From a virus (Duplodnaviria > Caudoviricetes), in the IMG/VR virus record IMGVR_UViG_3300020183_000104, positions 1-53,158 of that record: a stretch of DNA of 53,158 bases; one strand, given 5' to 3'. The first letter of the stretch is position 1; every line of letters starts with the position of its first letter. The position numbers were made by a program, and so were the translations under genes. The notes under the pieces are model-generated. The model did no database searches and was not told the DNA's origin. It saw only the letters and a program-made list of their open reading frames with translations. Positions 26,569 to 35,318 of this stretch are shown here, in pieces.

Positions 26569-26767
26569 TCAAGTATTCGAGATCTGGTACACGCGTCGGT
26601 TTGGCGAGTTACTAGGCGAACAGGACTCGCACACCAGAGAGTTCGTGCGGGAGATATGGAATCAGGCGCTCAGTCGTGCCGTGGATCACTTCGAGTTCGA
26701 GAATTTCGAACCTCTTGAAAGTGGACAGATCATCGACCGGCTTGAGCGTCTTAAAGCGATAAGGTAA
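26552..26767 (+). CDS. hypothetical protein within the Z cluster
   Basis: 71 aa ORF overlapping mazZ and ending just before datZ. Confidence 0.6.
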   Translation: MMKTRNQVFEIWYTRRFGELLGEQDSHTREFVREIWNQALSRAVDHFEFENFEPLESGQIIDRLERLKAIR

Positions 26768-26772
26768 TCAGG

Positions 26773-27321
26773 ATGAGTTTTTCTCTAGCTGAACAGCTCC
26801 GTGCTTCGCACGTTAAACGGTGGCAGATCGTCAACGTTTCGCGCACCCAGAATCTCGCGGAGCATCATTTTAACGTCACCCTCATTGTCGGTCAACTCGC
26901 TCGACACTGCAGGGACAAGCGGCTGCTCGACCCCCAGTACGCGTTGAGGCTCATGTACTGGTCGCTCTCGCACGATATGGTCGAGGTTCGTACTGGGGAC
27001 ACCCCGACGCCCTACAAGCGGGTGTTAGAGCAGGTGGGTGGGCCGGACATTATCGACAAGTCCGAGGAGGTCGTGGATCCCGAGTACATTGCCGACAAGC
27101 GTCGGATCGCTGGGACGCCCATCGAAATGTATGTGGAGATCGCGGATTTGATCGAGGCGATTTGGTTCCTGAGTGACCATGGAATTGGCAAGAGCGCAGT
27201 CGCCGTCCGGGCGGGGCTCGAAGCGTCGCTCGACCGATGTGTGCAGAAGTGGCGTGGGGTTTTTAGGGAATTGGATATTGATTTCGCGGTGTGCCGCGTA
27301 AGTGAGGAGATCGGAATATGA
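26773..27321 (+). CDS. datZ: HD-domain dATP triphosphohydrolase DatZ
   Basis: VKRW..QNLAEH..SHD..E..TGDTPTP..IADLIEA HD motifs; purZ neighbourhood. Confidence 0.88.
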   Translation: MSFSLAEQLRASHVKRWQIVNVSRTQNLAEHHFNVTLIVGQLARHCRDKRLLDPQYALRLMYWSLSHDMVEVRTGDTPTPYKRVLEQVGGPDIIDKSEEVVDPEYIADKRRIAGTPIEMYVEIADLIEAIWFLSDHGIGKSAVAVRAGLEASLDRCVQKWRGVFRELDIDFAVCRVSEEIGI

Positions 27322-27518
27322 AATGCGTTAAATGTGGCGGTATCACCCAGGTCACGACCGTGTACCAAAACGCGAATGGTGGAACGCGTCGCCGCAGGGC
27401 ATGCACGGTCTGTCAATTCCGATTCACCACGCGCGAGTATCCGTCGATCACGGATCCGAAGCTCAAAGAGTACTATTTGGAGACAGATGTTGACACAGAT
27501 ACCCCGCCCGTGATATAA
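27318..27518 (+). CDS. NrdR-like N-terminal zinc-ribbon protein
   Basis: MKCVKCG..TRRRRACTVCQFRFTTRE; no ATP-cone domain. Confidence 0.75.
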   Translation: MKCVKCGGITQVTTVYQNANGGTRRRRACTVCQFRFTTREYPSITDPKLKEYYLETDVDTDTPPVI

Positions 27519-27519
27519 T
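27490..27519 (+). promoter_or_regulatory. sigma70 promoter for the HDAC-family gene
   Basis: TTGACA-18-TATAAT with TG extension; ATAGAGGA RBS at 27536. Confidence 0.75.
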
Positions 27520-27548
27520 TCGGGTCTTAACACACATAGAGGAACTTA

Positions 27549-28379
27549 ATGACCCCGATTTTTTACAATCTCCACCAGTCCTGCGACTTCGACTTTCCGT
27601 CTTATCGCAAGATCCCGATGTTCGTGCGACAGGCCGCGCGATCACTGGTTACCGATTTCGAGCCGCTTAAAGACGTCGATTTGATCACCGCGCATTCGGT
27701 TGAGTACGTGGTAAACGTGTTCTTGGGGAAGATTTCTAACGGATTCAGAAACACCGACTCGACGCTCAACGAGACACTCAGGTACACGAACGCGAACTTC
27801 TTGGCTGCAACTCGGCACGTGAGCGAGAAGAAAACGGAGGTCGCATGCTCAGCGACCCAGGGCTTCCACCACGCAGGGTTCGATTTCGGAGGAGGGTACT
27901 GCACGTTCAACGGGTTAATGATCGCGGCGCTCAGCGATGGAGTGATCAAACCGGCGCTTATTCTCGACGGTGACGGCCACTACGGGGATGGGACGGACGA
28001 CATCATCGAGGCGCTGGCTATGCGCGACCGAGTGCGGCACGTGACGAATCTTGATATGCAATCATTCGTCTCGCGCTACAAGCCGAACGCTTGTAACTGG
28101 GAAGTGTGGGCCTCCGGCTTGATTTCGTCGTCGAAGCCTAGTATAATAATGTACCAAGCCGGCGCTGACGCATGGATCGAGGATCCTTATGGTGCGGGGT
28201 ACCTCACTCTTGAGGGTCTGCGGAATCGTGACCTCGGGATCTTTCGCGCAGCCAGGAAGTCCAAGATCCCTCTCGTGTGGAATCTCGCCGGTGGATACTG
28301 CAAAGATGTTCAGCGCACGGTAGACGTGCATATTCAGACACTCAAAGCCAGCGACGAGGTGTACTATGGCGGGACCTAG
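27549..28379 (+). CDS. histone deacetylase family (Zn-dependent amidohydrolase)
   Basis: GFHHAG..GGGYCTFNG, LDGDGHYGDGT, YQAGADAW..DP and LAGGY motifs. Confidence 0.9.
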   Translation: MTPIFYNLHQSCDFDFPSYRKIPMFVRQAARSLVTDFEPLKDVDLITAHSVEYVVNVFLGKISNGFRNTDSTLNETLRYTNANFLAATRHVSEKKTEVACSATQGFHHAGFDFGGGYCTFNGLMIAALSDGVIKPALILDGDGHYGDGTDDIIEALAMRDRVRHVTNLDMQSFVSRYKPNACNWEVWASGLISSSKPSIIMYQAGADAWIEDPYGAGYLTLEGLRNRDLGIFRAARKSKIPLVWNLAGGYCKDVQRTVDVHIQTLKASDEVYYGGT

Positions 28380-30264
28380 GAAAGCACTCACATTCTTGGA
28401 CCTTATGGGTCATGCCGGAGCGGGAACCCGAGAGTTGGCAAATATCCCGGGGGCGAAACGCATCCCGGAATCTTTCGCCAGAGCGCAGAAAGGGATGGTT
28501 CCCGCCGAGGTTATTGAGCAGTACAACAAGGATGAGATGTTCGGGAAGGACAAGAAGACGGGTGTAGCGAGGCAATTGGTCCAGTTGCCAAGCGCTAAAG
28601 CTCCCGCGTTGTTGGTGAGCGACCGGGCGCGCATGACACAAGGAAAACTGCCGCTGCACTCGAGCATAACGCAACAGGTGATAAACCCATTGGACCCCTA
28701 CAACCCGTTGTCTGAATTTTCGGCAACCCCGGGTTTCGTCACACCTCCTGCTGAGGAGCTTTACCGCCGGATGCACGATCGTGCCGAGAATGCACAACGG
28801 GCGAAAATCGTTCCGGATGATGTCGGTGTGTATGATATTGGGTCGTTGAATGCTGGTCGGTTGGGGAAGGAGGGGTTCGGTGCTATGCAGTATGCGGCAC
28901 TCTACGACCAACTTCGTGCCGCAGGAGCTTTTTCAGGTCCGACGGGCCTCACCGATATCAACGAATTACGCAGGCTGGGTAACGTGATGTCCTACGGTCT
29001 TCGGCATGGTGACTACGAGAACATCGCCCCGGTTATAAGCTTTATGAATAGATCGCCCCAATTATTTCACCGCGCGGAATATGCGGACTGGTTGGCTCGC
29101 CCCTTGATGGACATCTTGCAGCAGGGTAAAGGCGATCCGATTTTCGACGCAGCGGTGGCGTTGGAACCCGTGGACTTGGCGAACATGACACCGGACCAGA
29201 TCACCGGGGTGTTGGGTCTAAAAGAAGCGCAGTTGACTCGCGCCGCAGGTCCGGTAAGTGAACCGGGCATGCTCGAGGCGGCGGATCTTGGTCTGCTTCG
29301 CCACTTAGCGGTCCCTGCTCTTAAAAATCCTAGTGCCGGAAAAATAGCGAGGGGTATCGGTCCCAACACCCTGGGCCGTGCGGCAACGGTGGAGCAGTTA
29401 ATTGAGAAGATCCTCGCGGGTCGCACCGGAGAGGAAGCGGCGGAGGAGATTATGGATCAATCAAAGCGTCGCGGGATGAATTTAGAGGAAGGGTTTAAGG
29501 GTAGGTACAAAGGTGGTGGTTCGGTCGCTTCCTTTTCCGGTGGTGGTGGAGTAAAAAAGAATGTGGCTGAAATGGCTGCGGAACTTGCTACTAAAGGTAC
29601 CAAGACTCCGGATATGTCCAGGCGTAAATTTATGTCTCTAGGCAATGTTTTCAATTCTCCGACCTCGACGCTTAATCTACCGGTGACTGCCACCGAAGCG
29701 GCGAAGATGTCGCAAGATCCGGCGTTATCGGCTATCGAGAAAATAGCGGAGGCTCCCGTCTCCAGACGGCAGGTACTCAAGGGTGCTTTGGCGCAGGGTG
29801 CGCAACGAGTGCTACCTGAGATTTCGCCTACTAGTGCTCTATCACGTGCTATTGATGCGGCCACTGGTGCACCACAAACAGCAAGCACCATCCCGGGTCT
29901 TGTGGCTCAGGGTTTAAACATGAAGCTTAAAGGGCAAGAATTGGTCGACTTTGTAACTCGCTCGATGCCACCGAGCGACGTTCATACTCCAAAATCGCTA
30001 AAGTTTACGACGGAACTCCTAGCTTCTAACATCAAAAAGCCTGAACCCTATATCGACATGTACTATGATTATGACCCTTCTTCGATTCGTTTACAAATCC
30101 TCACCGATCAGTTGTTTCCTGAGGCTAAGAGGCCACCAAGCGGAATGGGTTTGCGACCGACGTTGCGCGAGATTCAAGAATATAATCCTAAAGCATACGA
30201 TAAGCTCGTAAAATCAGCGACTACACTCAGGGATCAAATCGCCAAGGATCTCGAAGATGACTAA
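28366..30264 (+). CDS. hypothetical 632-aa protein; C-terminal part paralogous to 39795-41045
   Basis: Long ORF; YKGGGSV and FSGGGGV motifs, KTPDMSRRKFM, PVSRRQVLKGALAQ. Confidence 0.75.
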   Translation: MAGPRKALTFLDLMGHAGAGTRELANIPGAKRIPESFARAQKGMVPAEVIEQYNKDEMFGKDKKTGVARQLVQLPSAKAPALLVSDRARMTQGKLPLHSSITQQVINPLDPYNPLSEFSATPGFVTPPAEELYRRMHDRAENAQRAKIVPDDVGVYDIGSLNAGRLGKEGFGAMQYAALYDQLRAAGAFSGPTGLTDINELRRLGNVMSYGLRHGDYENIAPVISFMNRSPQLFHRAEYADWLARPLMDILQQGKGDPIFDAAVALEPVDLANMTPDQITGVLGLKEAQLTRAAGPVSEPGMLEAADLGLLRHLAVPALKNPSAGKIARGIGPNTLGRAATVEQLIEKILAGRTGEEAAEEIMDQSKRRGMNLEEGFKGRYKGGGSVASFSGGGGVKKNVAEMAAELATKGTKTPDMSRRKFMSLGNVFNSPTSTLNLPVTATEAAKMSQDPALSAIEKIAEAPVSRRQVLKGALAQGAQRVLPEISPTSALSRAIDAATGAPQTASTIPGLVAQGLNMKLKGQELVDFVTRSMPPSDVHTPKSLKFTTELLASNIKKPEPYIDMYYDYDPSSIRLQILTDQLFPEAKRPPSGMGLRPTLREIQEYNPKAYDKLVKSATTLRDQIAKDLEDD

Positions 30265-30283
30265 CCAAGGAGAATGATAGATT

Positions 30284-30568
30284 ATGAATGTTTATCTCAA
30301 TGCAATACTCGAGGAGCGCGGCTCCGAATATGGCGATTTCACCGCACAGGCGCAGATCTCCCAGGCGCTGCAGGACATAGCTAGGGCCGGGTGCAGCTAC
30401 ACCTCGACGGAATCCTACCAGAGGGAGGCACTCGCAATGATTTTACACAAAATCTCTAGGATCGTTAATGGAAACACACGGAACGTTGACTCATGGGCGG
30501 ATATCGCCGGATATGCCACACTCGTTGCAAACCGACTACAAAAGGGAGGGGGGATTGACAGATTGTAG
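30284..30568 (+). CDS. conserved phage hypothetical protein (DUF6378-like)
   Basis: ILEERGSEYGDF..QREALAMILHKISRIVNG..DSWADIAGYATL. Confidence 0.7.
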   Translation: MNVYLNAILEERGSEYGDFTAQAQISQALQDIARAGCSYTSTESYQREALAMILHKISRIVNGNTRNVDSWADIAGYATLVANRLQKGGGIDRL

Positions 30569-30583
30569 CACCCGTGTTATAAT
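30555..30583 (+). promoter_or_regulatory. consensus sigma70 early promoter
   Basis: TTGACA-17-TATAAT; CACCCGTG in spacer; GATAGAGGA RBS. Confidence 0.85.
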
Positions 30584-30618
30584 AGAGTCTCCAGTAAACA
30601 AACCGATAGAGGACGAAA

Positions 30619-30906
30619 ATGGCAAAGAAGACACCAGTAATCACCGAGCAGATGGTCGACGAATTGGCGCGGGTCCGCCAGCAGCTTGCCGAGCTTGTGG
30701 CGCGGGAGAAAGCGTTGAAGGAGAGCTTTCGCGAGGCGGGTGCAGCCGTCTACAGGGGCCGACAGTTCCAGGTCGAGATTACATTCTCATCCCAAAGTCG
30801 GTTAGACTCGCAAGCGGTGAAGGATGCTCTTGGGCCGAAGTGGATTGCCGAGCACCAGAAAGCGGTGGAACTAATGAATATCCGCTCGATGGTCCTGGTG
30901 CGATAA
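30619..30906 (+). CDS. hypothetical early protein
   Basis: 95 aa with promoter and RBS; N-terminal coiled coil. Confidence 0.75.
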   Translation: MAKKTPVITEQMVDELARVRQQLAELVAREKALKESFREAGAAVYRGRQFQVEITFSSQSRLDSQAVKDALGPKWIAEHQKAVELMNIRSMVLVR

Positions 30907-30917
30907 AGCCCCGATAC

Positions 30918-31139
30918 GTGACGACGCGTAAGGGGGTCCGGATCGGGTACACGTATGTACCCCGTCCGGTTTACGATCAAAGCGGTGACATGGACCGGCT
31001 GCAAACCGCGTTGCTGCACCGCCGTACAGACGCCTGGGTTGGGGCGAAGGATCTCCTGGCCTACGCGATCGGGATAGCGGCGCTTCTTTCTTTATTTTGG
31101 GCCAAGGACCTTTATCAATGGGTAGACAGTCTAATTTAG
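30918..31139 (+). CDS. small membrane protein
   Basis: Probable GTG start at 30918 within the longer ORF; C-terminal TM LLAYAIGIAALLSLFW. Confidence 0.5.
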   Translation: MTTRKGVRIGYTYVPRPVYDQSGDMDRLQTALLHRRTDAWVGAKDLLAYAIGIAALLSLFWAKDLYQWVDSLI

Positions 31140-31217
31140 CCGACAATTCGACCTAAGGAGGAAAGTTTAAAGAAAACAACACTTTACTACCGTTCGTCGG
31201 ACGACTGGCCAGATCCA

Positions 31218-31246
31218 TTGACAAGTTGTCCCACTGGTATTATAAT
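31218..31246 (+). promoter_or_regulatory. consensus sigma70 early promoter
   Basis: TTGACA-17-TATAAT; preceded by CCGTTCGTCGGACGAC (31190-31205). Confidence 0.85.
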
Positions 31247-31280
31247 AGAGGTTCATCAACCACAATAGAGGACAGTAAAA

Positions 31281-32255
31281 ATGGCACACGAACTCGATTT
31301 TTCAAATGGTCGCGCGAACATGGCCTACGTCGGTCGTACTCCTTGGCACGGGCTGGGACAAGAGCTTGACGCGAATGCGACGCTCGACACCTGGATCGAG
31401 CAGGCGGGGTTTGACTGGGAAGTCAAGAAAGGCGCGATTCAGTACGAGGTGCGCGACGAGGAAAATCACCCCGTCTGCGTGAACACGGTTCCAAACCGCT
31501 GGGTGCTTTATCGCTCAGACACCGGCAAACCGCTTTCGGTCATGTCCTCGAACTACAACATCACCCAGCCGCGCGACGTGATGGAGTTCTTCCGGAACCT
31601 GATCGATATCGGCGGGTTCAAGATGGAGACCGCCGGAATGCTCCGTGATGGTGCCACCTACTGGGCGCTCGCTCGGATTGACGATTCGTTCGACGTCGGT
31701 GGCGGCGACACGATCCGCCCCTACGTTCAGGTCGCGACCTCGTGCGACGGAACGTTGGCGAACGTCGCCCAGTTCACCTCGGTACGGACCGTATGCCAGA
31801 ACACGCTGAACGACGCGCTTCGCGAGTCCCAGGGCCAAGTCCGCATCCCGCATTCGACCAAGTTCAACGCAGAACGCGTGAAAGCGGACCTTGGGCTAAT
31901 CGGCGGGACTTGGGAGCGGTTCAAGAAAGATGCGGTCGAGCTTTCGAAGCGTACGGTGTCTAAGGCCGAGGCGACCAAGTATTTCCTCGACGTGCTCTAC
32001 CCCGACCAGGAAGAGGTCGACCTCGACGCGCATCGCCCGATGCTGGAACTCGTGACTTCGATTTACTTGAACGGCATCGGCCAGAACACCCGCACCGCGA
32101 AGGGTACGGCCTGGGGACTGGTGAATGCGATCACCCGGTTCACGGATCACGAGCGTAAGGCCACGAGCGCAGATACCCGGCTGCAGTCCGCTTGGTTCGG
32201 TGCAGGTGCCCGGATGAAACGAAATGCATTGACTGCGGCGCTCGCTCTGGTATAA
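31281..32255 (+). CDS. DUF932 / TIGR03299-type phage-plasmid protein
   Basis: MAHE..AYVGRTPWHGLG, ETAGMLRDG..WALAR, TSVRTVCQNTL and GTAWGLVNAIT. Confidence 0.85.
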   Translation: MAHELDFSNGRANMAYVGRTPWHGLGQELDANATLDTWIEQAGFDWEVKKGAIQYEVRDEENHPVCVNTVPNRWVLYRSDTGKPLSVMSSNYNITQPRDVMEFFRNLIDIGGFKMETAGMLRDGATYWALARIDDSFDVGGGDTIRPYVQVATSCDGTLANVAQFTSVRTVCQNTLNDALRESQGQVRIPHSTKFNAERVKADLGLIGGTWERFKKDAVELSKRTVSKAEATKYFLDVLYPDQEEVDLDAHRPMLELVTSIYLNGIGQNTRTAKGTAWGLVNAITRFTDHERKATSADTRLQSAWFGAGARMKRNALTAALALV

Positions 32256-32256
32256 T
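32229..32256 (+). promoter_or_regulatory. sigma70-like promoter overlapping the DUF932 stop codon
   Basis: TTGACT-16-TATAAT with TG extension. Confidence 0.55.
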
Positions 32257-32261
32257 GTCAA

Positions 32262-32347
32262 GTGCGGACCTCTTCTCGGTCCGCTTTTCCTGTTTTAAGG
32301 GTTAAGGACGCTTCGGGGGGATCCGCGCAGGGTTCCCCCGTTTTTTT
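32262..32347 (+). ncRNA. candidate ~85-nt small RNA
   Basis: Promoter upstream; hairpin GCGGACC-TCTTCTC-GGTCCGC, U-rich linker, intrinsic terminator; no ORF. Confidence 0.4.
32314..32347 (+). terminator. rho-independent terminator
   Basis: CGGGGGGATCC-GCGCA-GGGTTCCCCCG followed by T7. Confidence 0.85.
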
Positions 32348-32374
32348 CAGATATTAATAGAGGTCTCTACACCA

Positions 32375-32782
32375 ATGGTCACCAAAAAAGGTAAGCTTAC
32401 CACCCCGCCTATCGACGATCATGAGGCGTTGACGTTCAAAAAGCTTGACGCAAGAAAAGCGTTTGGGCAAGTCGGGCTTCCTCTCCCGCTTGAAGCCTGG
32501 ATCGAGGAGAACACCCCGGAACCCGCGAAACCTGCCCCACCCGTTAAAAAGGTTTACACCCGGGACGAGGCCATCCACGAGATCGCCTCCTTCGAGTGTG
32601 AGGGGCTGACCGCGTCGCAGGTGTACGAGATGCTCGTGGGGTCCACGATGCCGTTGCCTTTCAAGACGAACGCGGTATTGGCCAAAATCCTCGCCGAGTG
32701 GCTCGGGGTGGACGAGGTTCAGGTACACTCGACCAACGACTGCGTGAAACGCTGGTTCGTTTCCGCTGAATCCCGGGTGTGA
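32375..32782 (+). CDS. hypothetical protein
   Basis: 135 aa; ATAGAGG upstream. Confidence 0.6.
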   Translation: MVTKKGKLTTPPIDDHEALTFKKLDARKAFGQVGLPLPLEAWIEENTPEPAKPAPPVKKVYTRDEAIHEIASFECEGLTASQVYEMLVGSTMPLPFKTNAVLAKILAEWLGVDEVQVHSTNDCVKRWFVSAESRV

Positions 32783-32815
32783 AGAGCTACATCGTCGGTT
32801 AAAGGAGAAGAACAC

Positions 32816-33223
32816 ATGAACACATATCCATTTGCAGGAGAAATCAAAATGGAAAAAGTAATCAAAGACGGTAAAGAAGTGATTGAGTGGGAGCCTGTAC
32901 CGCTACAGTCAGATCGTTTTAATGTTGATCCTGTCACGGGTAATGTGGGCATTGGCACACCAAGTCAAGAGTTGATTGCATACACCTTCACGCCCCCTGG
33001 CAAAGAATGGGCGCGTATCGACAAAGACATGAACGTCACTCACCTTGACATGGAACTATGCGCAAAAGGCCCACACAACGCCTACAGCGCATTGGCTGTG
33101 GCAATTTGGAATAAAGCGATTGAAACTGAGCGTGAGGAGTGCGCCCAGATTGCTGATAGGTGGACTGACTACGATGTAGAGGGCTTAGCAGTAGCCATCA
33201 GAGCAAGGGGAGTTGATAGATGA
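32816..33223 (+). CDS. hypothetical protein flanked by a 14-bp direct repeat
   Basis: 135 aa; AAGGAG RBS; C-terminal EREECAQIAD..AIRARG typical of small phage genes. Confidence 0.65.
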   Translation: MNTYPFAGEIKMEKVIKDGKEVIEWEPVPLQSDRFNVDPVTGNVGIGTPSQELIAYTFTPPGKEWARIDKDMNVTHLDMELCAKGPHNAYSALAVAIWNKAIETEREECAQIADRWTDYDVEGLAVAIRARGVDR

Positions 33224-33849
33224 GCTACATCGTCGCCTCGCTTCCTCCACAGAAAGTGTTTGTGCGAAAGGAATTCCTTTATAACTTTGAGAAGGGTCAC
33301 GGACAGCTTGAGCCGGCCATTTGGATTAGCTTGAAGGCGCTACGCGGTCAGGTCTTCAGGATCGAATCCTTGCTGCCCAACTACTGCGCCTTGTATGACA
33401 AACTGCCCCTGCATGCTTATGTCTGGAAAGAGAACCATGGCGACCTGCCGATTGACATGCTGCAACTGTGGGATTGCATGGGGTACCGCTTCACGGTCGT
33501 CGAGAAGATAAGTCTACGCAATTTGAGCGCGAAGTTTTTGGACAAGCACAAGGTCTGGCACTTTGGGCGTTACCTGTTCACCGTTGATTTCTGCGCGGAA
33601 AGTATGGATCTTGACACGGGGTTTACGGAGCAAGCCGAGGAGCATAAAAGTTTTAACTTCCTTGCACTTGACAATGGTCAGTTTGCTGCTCAGCCAAATA
33701 ACCGCTGTCTATGGTACGACCAAAGTCTAACGCCCTCTGAGACAAAGACACCGGACTTTCAAGCCGCAAAAAATTTTTGGTCGGTCGATGGCACACGCAA
33801 GTGGGCCGCAGGAAGTGACTGGTTTTACGATTTCCAGGAGCGAACATGA
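33220..33849 (+). CDS. conserved phage hypothetical protein
   Basis: 209 aa; VRKEFLY, LYDKLP, LQLWDC, YLFTVD, EHKS and NGQFAAQPNNR. Confidence 0.75.
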   Translation: MSYIVASLPPQKVFVRKEFLYNFEKGHGQLEPAIWISLKALRGQVFRIESLLPNYCALYDKLPLHAYVWKENHGDLPIDMLQLWDCMGYRFTVVEKISLRNLSAKFLDKHKVWHFGRYLFTVDFCAESMDLDTGFTEQAEEHKSFNFLALDNGQFAAQPNNRCLWYDQSLTPSETKTPDFQAAKNFWSVDGTRKWAAGSDWFYDFQERT

Positions 33850-34214
33850 GCAGAGAACTTATGCAGCAAGCGTTGGAGGCGTTGGAGTGGAACTACAACA
33901 CAGATTTGGACAACATCTATGCATGTGAGCAATGGGCCAAGATTCTGAAAAAAAACATAGCGGCACTGCGCGAGATGCTGGCGCAGCCGGAGCAAGAGCC
34001 GGTGGCGTGGATCAGCGAAAGCGAAAACCTGCTGTCATGGGACAAGTTCTATGACCATATGAAGCCCCTCTACACTGCCCCGAAGCCAGTACAGCAGCCG
34101 CTGAAGTTGCGAGAGATTGAAAAGTGCATCTATGACGCAAACAACGACCTTATTGTTGCTTGCAGGAATGTCGAAGCCGCCCACGGCATCACAGGAGACG
34201 CCTATGAAAGCTGA
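33846..34214 (+). CDS. hypothetical protein (MQQALEALE / QEPVAW family)
   Basis: 122 aa; QPEQEPVAW..PLYTAP. Confidence 0.7.
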   Translation: MSRELMQQALEALEWNYNTDLDNIYACEQWAKILKKNIAALREMLAQPEQEPVAWISESENLLSWDKFYDHMKPLYTAPKPVQQPLKLREIEKCIYDANNDLIVACRNVEAAHGITGDAYES

Positions 34215-34512
34215 CCGTGAAGTTATGCAGCAAGCGCTGGAGGCGCTGGAGTCCGACAACCCCGACATCCAACTACGGGCAGCAGTCGCCCTTCGCAGAG
34301 CACTGGAAGCAGAACCCGAAAGGCTCTTTAGCTTGCAGGTTGGGGCTAATTTTGTGTTGCGCCGAAACAAGAAGGCGTACACATTGGTTGAGTTGCAGTG
34401 GACCCCTGGGATGGGAACACAGTATATCTGCAAGGATCTAAAAACTGGAAAGATCGAACGACTGCACCATAGTGTCCTGGTAGAGAAAGACAAAGCTGGA
34501 AAAGGAGTATGA
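34204..34512 (+). CDS. hypothetical protein (MQQALEALE N-terminus)
   Basis: Likely start ATG 34204 after AGGAG. Confidence 0.6.
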   Translation: MKADREVMQQALEALESDNPDIQLRAAVALRRALEAEPERLFSLQVGANFVLRRNKKAYTLVELQWTPGMGTQYICKDLKTGKIERLHHSVLVEKDKAGKGV

Positions 34513-34590
34513 GATGGACGAAAGCCACGAGTACCAGAACATACCGTTCATCCGATCCGACGAGCGGTGGGTTCGAAATCCGCCTTTGGC

Positions 34591-34619
34591 TTGACAAAGT
34601 ATTGCACCGGTGTTATAAT
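34591..34619 (+). promoter_or_regulatory. consensus sigma70 early promoter
   Basis: TTGACA-17-TATAAT; CACCGGTG in spacer; GATAGAGGA RBS. Confidence 0.85.
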
Positions 34620-34670
34620 AGAGGTTCGTTAGTAGTAAACATTAAACCCTAACCGATAGAGGAAAACGAA

Positions 34671-35318
34671 ATGAACCAAGCCACTACCACAACCGCTCGT
34701 TTTATTCCCACCGACGAACTCGTGTACGTTCTTGCCAAAAAAGGCGGCTGGTCCACTGTAGTTGATGTCGCTGGGGTAGGGCGACCCGGCCGCGAATTTA
34801 AGGTCCGCAATTCCGCGCTGCATGTGATCGTTGAGACCCCAGTCGAGCCCCCAGTCTCGGCCGAGGACGTTCCCGCACCCCAGACCGTAGTGCGCAGCCA
34901 TGATGCCGATGGCACTGGTCCTGTCGCGAAAATGAAAGCCGAGAAAGCCGCAGCTGCTGCTCGCCAAAAGCACCACGCCGCAGTCGCGAAGATGAAAGCC
35001 GAGAAAGCCGCAGCTCCTGCTCGCCAAAAGCTCCCTCTCGACCAGCGCAAGAACGGCGTGGTGGATTCGCTCTACCTGCAGTTTTACAAGAATTACAGCA
35101 AGACCGTGAACGGCCAAGTTGTCCGCTCGTTGGATAAAGGCGATTTCGTGGCGGTCGAGCTTCGCAAGTGCGAGACACTCGAGCAAGTGTACGATTTCGT
35201 CGCGAGCCAGATGGGACTCTCCCGTGTCGATTTGGTCTCCCGGTACGCTCACCTGAACACCGGCATGCAGCGCATGAACCTCGGCAACATGCTGCGCCGC
35301 TACCTCAAAGGAGCGTGA
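34671..35318 (+). CDS. hypothetical early protein with internal 60-bp duplication
   Basis: 215 aa; VAKMKAEKAAA.ARQK x2 (34923-35031); C-terminal YAHLNTGMQRMNLGNMLRR. Confidence 0.75.
   Translation: MNQATTTTARFIPTDELVYVLAKKGGWSTVVDVAGVGRPGREFKVRNSALHVIVETPVEPPVSAEDVPAPQTVVRSHDADGTGPVAKMKAEKAAAAARQKHHAAVAKMKAEKAAAPARQKLPLDQRKNGVVDSLYLQFYKNYSKTVNGQVVRSLDKGDFVAVELRKCETLEQVYDFVASQMGLSRVDLVSRYAHLNTGMQRMNLGNMLRRYLKGA

Noticed and set aside
34565-34585. tRNA-like T-arm GGTTCGAAATCC
   Set aside because: No acceptor, D or anticodon arms; it is only a small hairpin before a promoter
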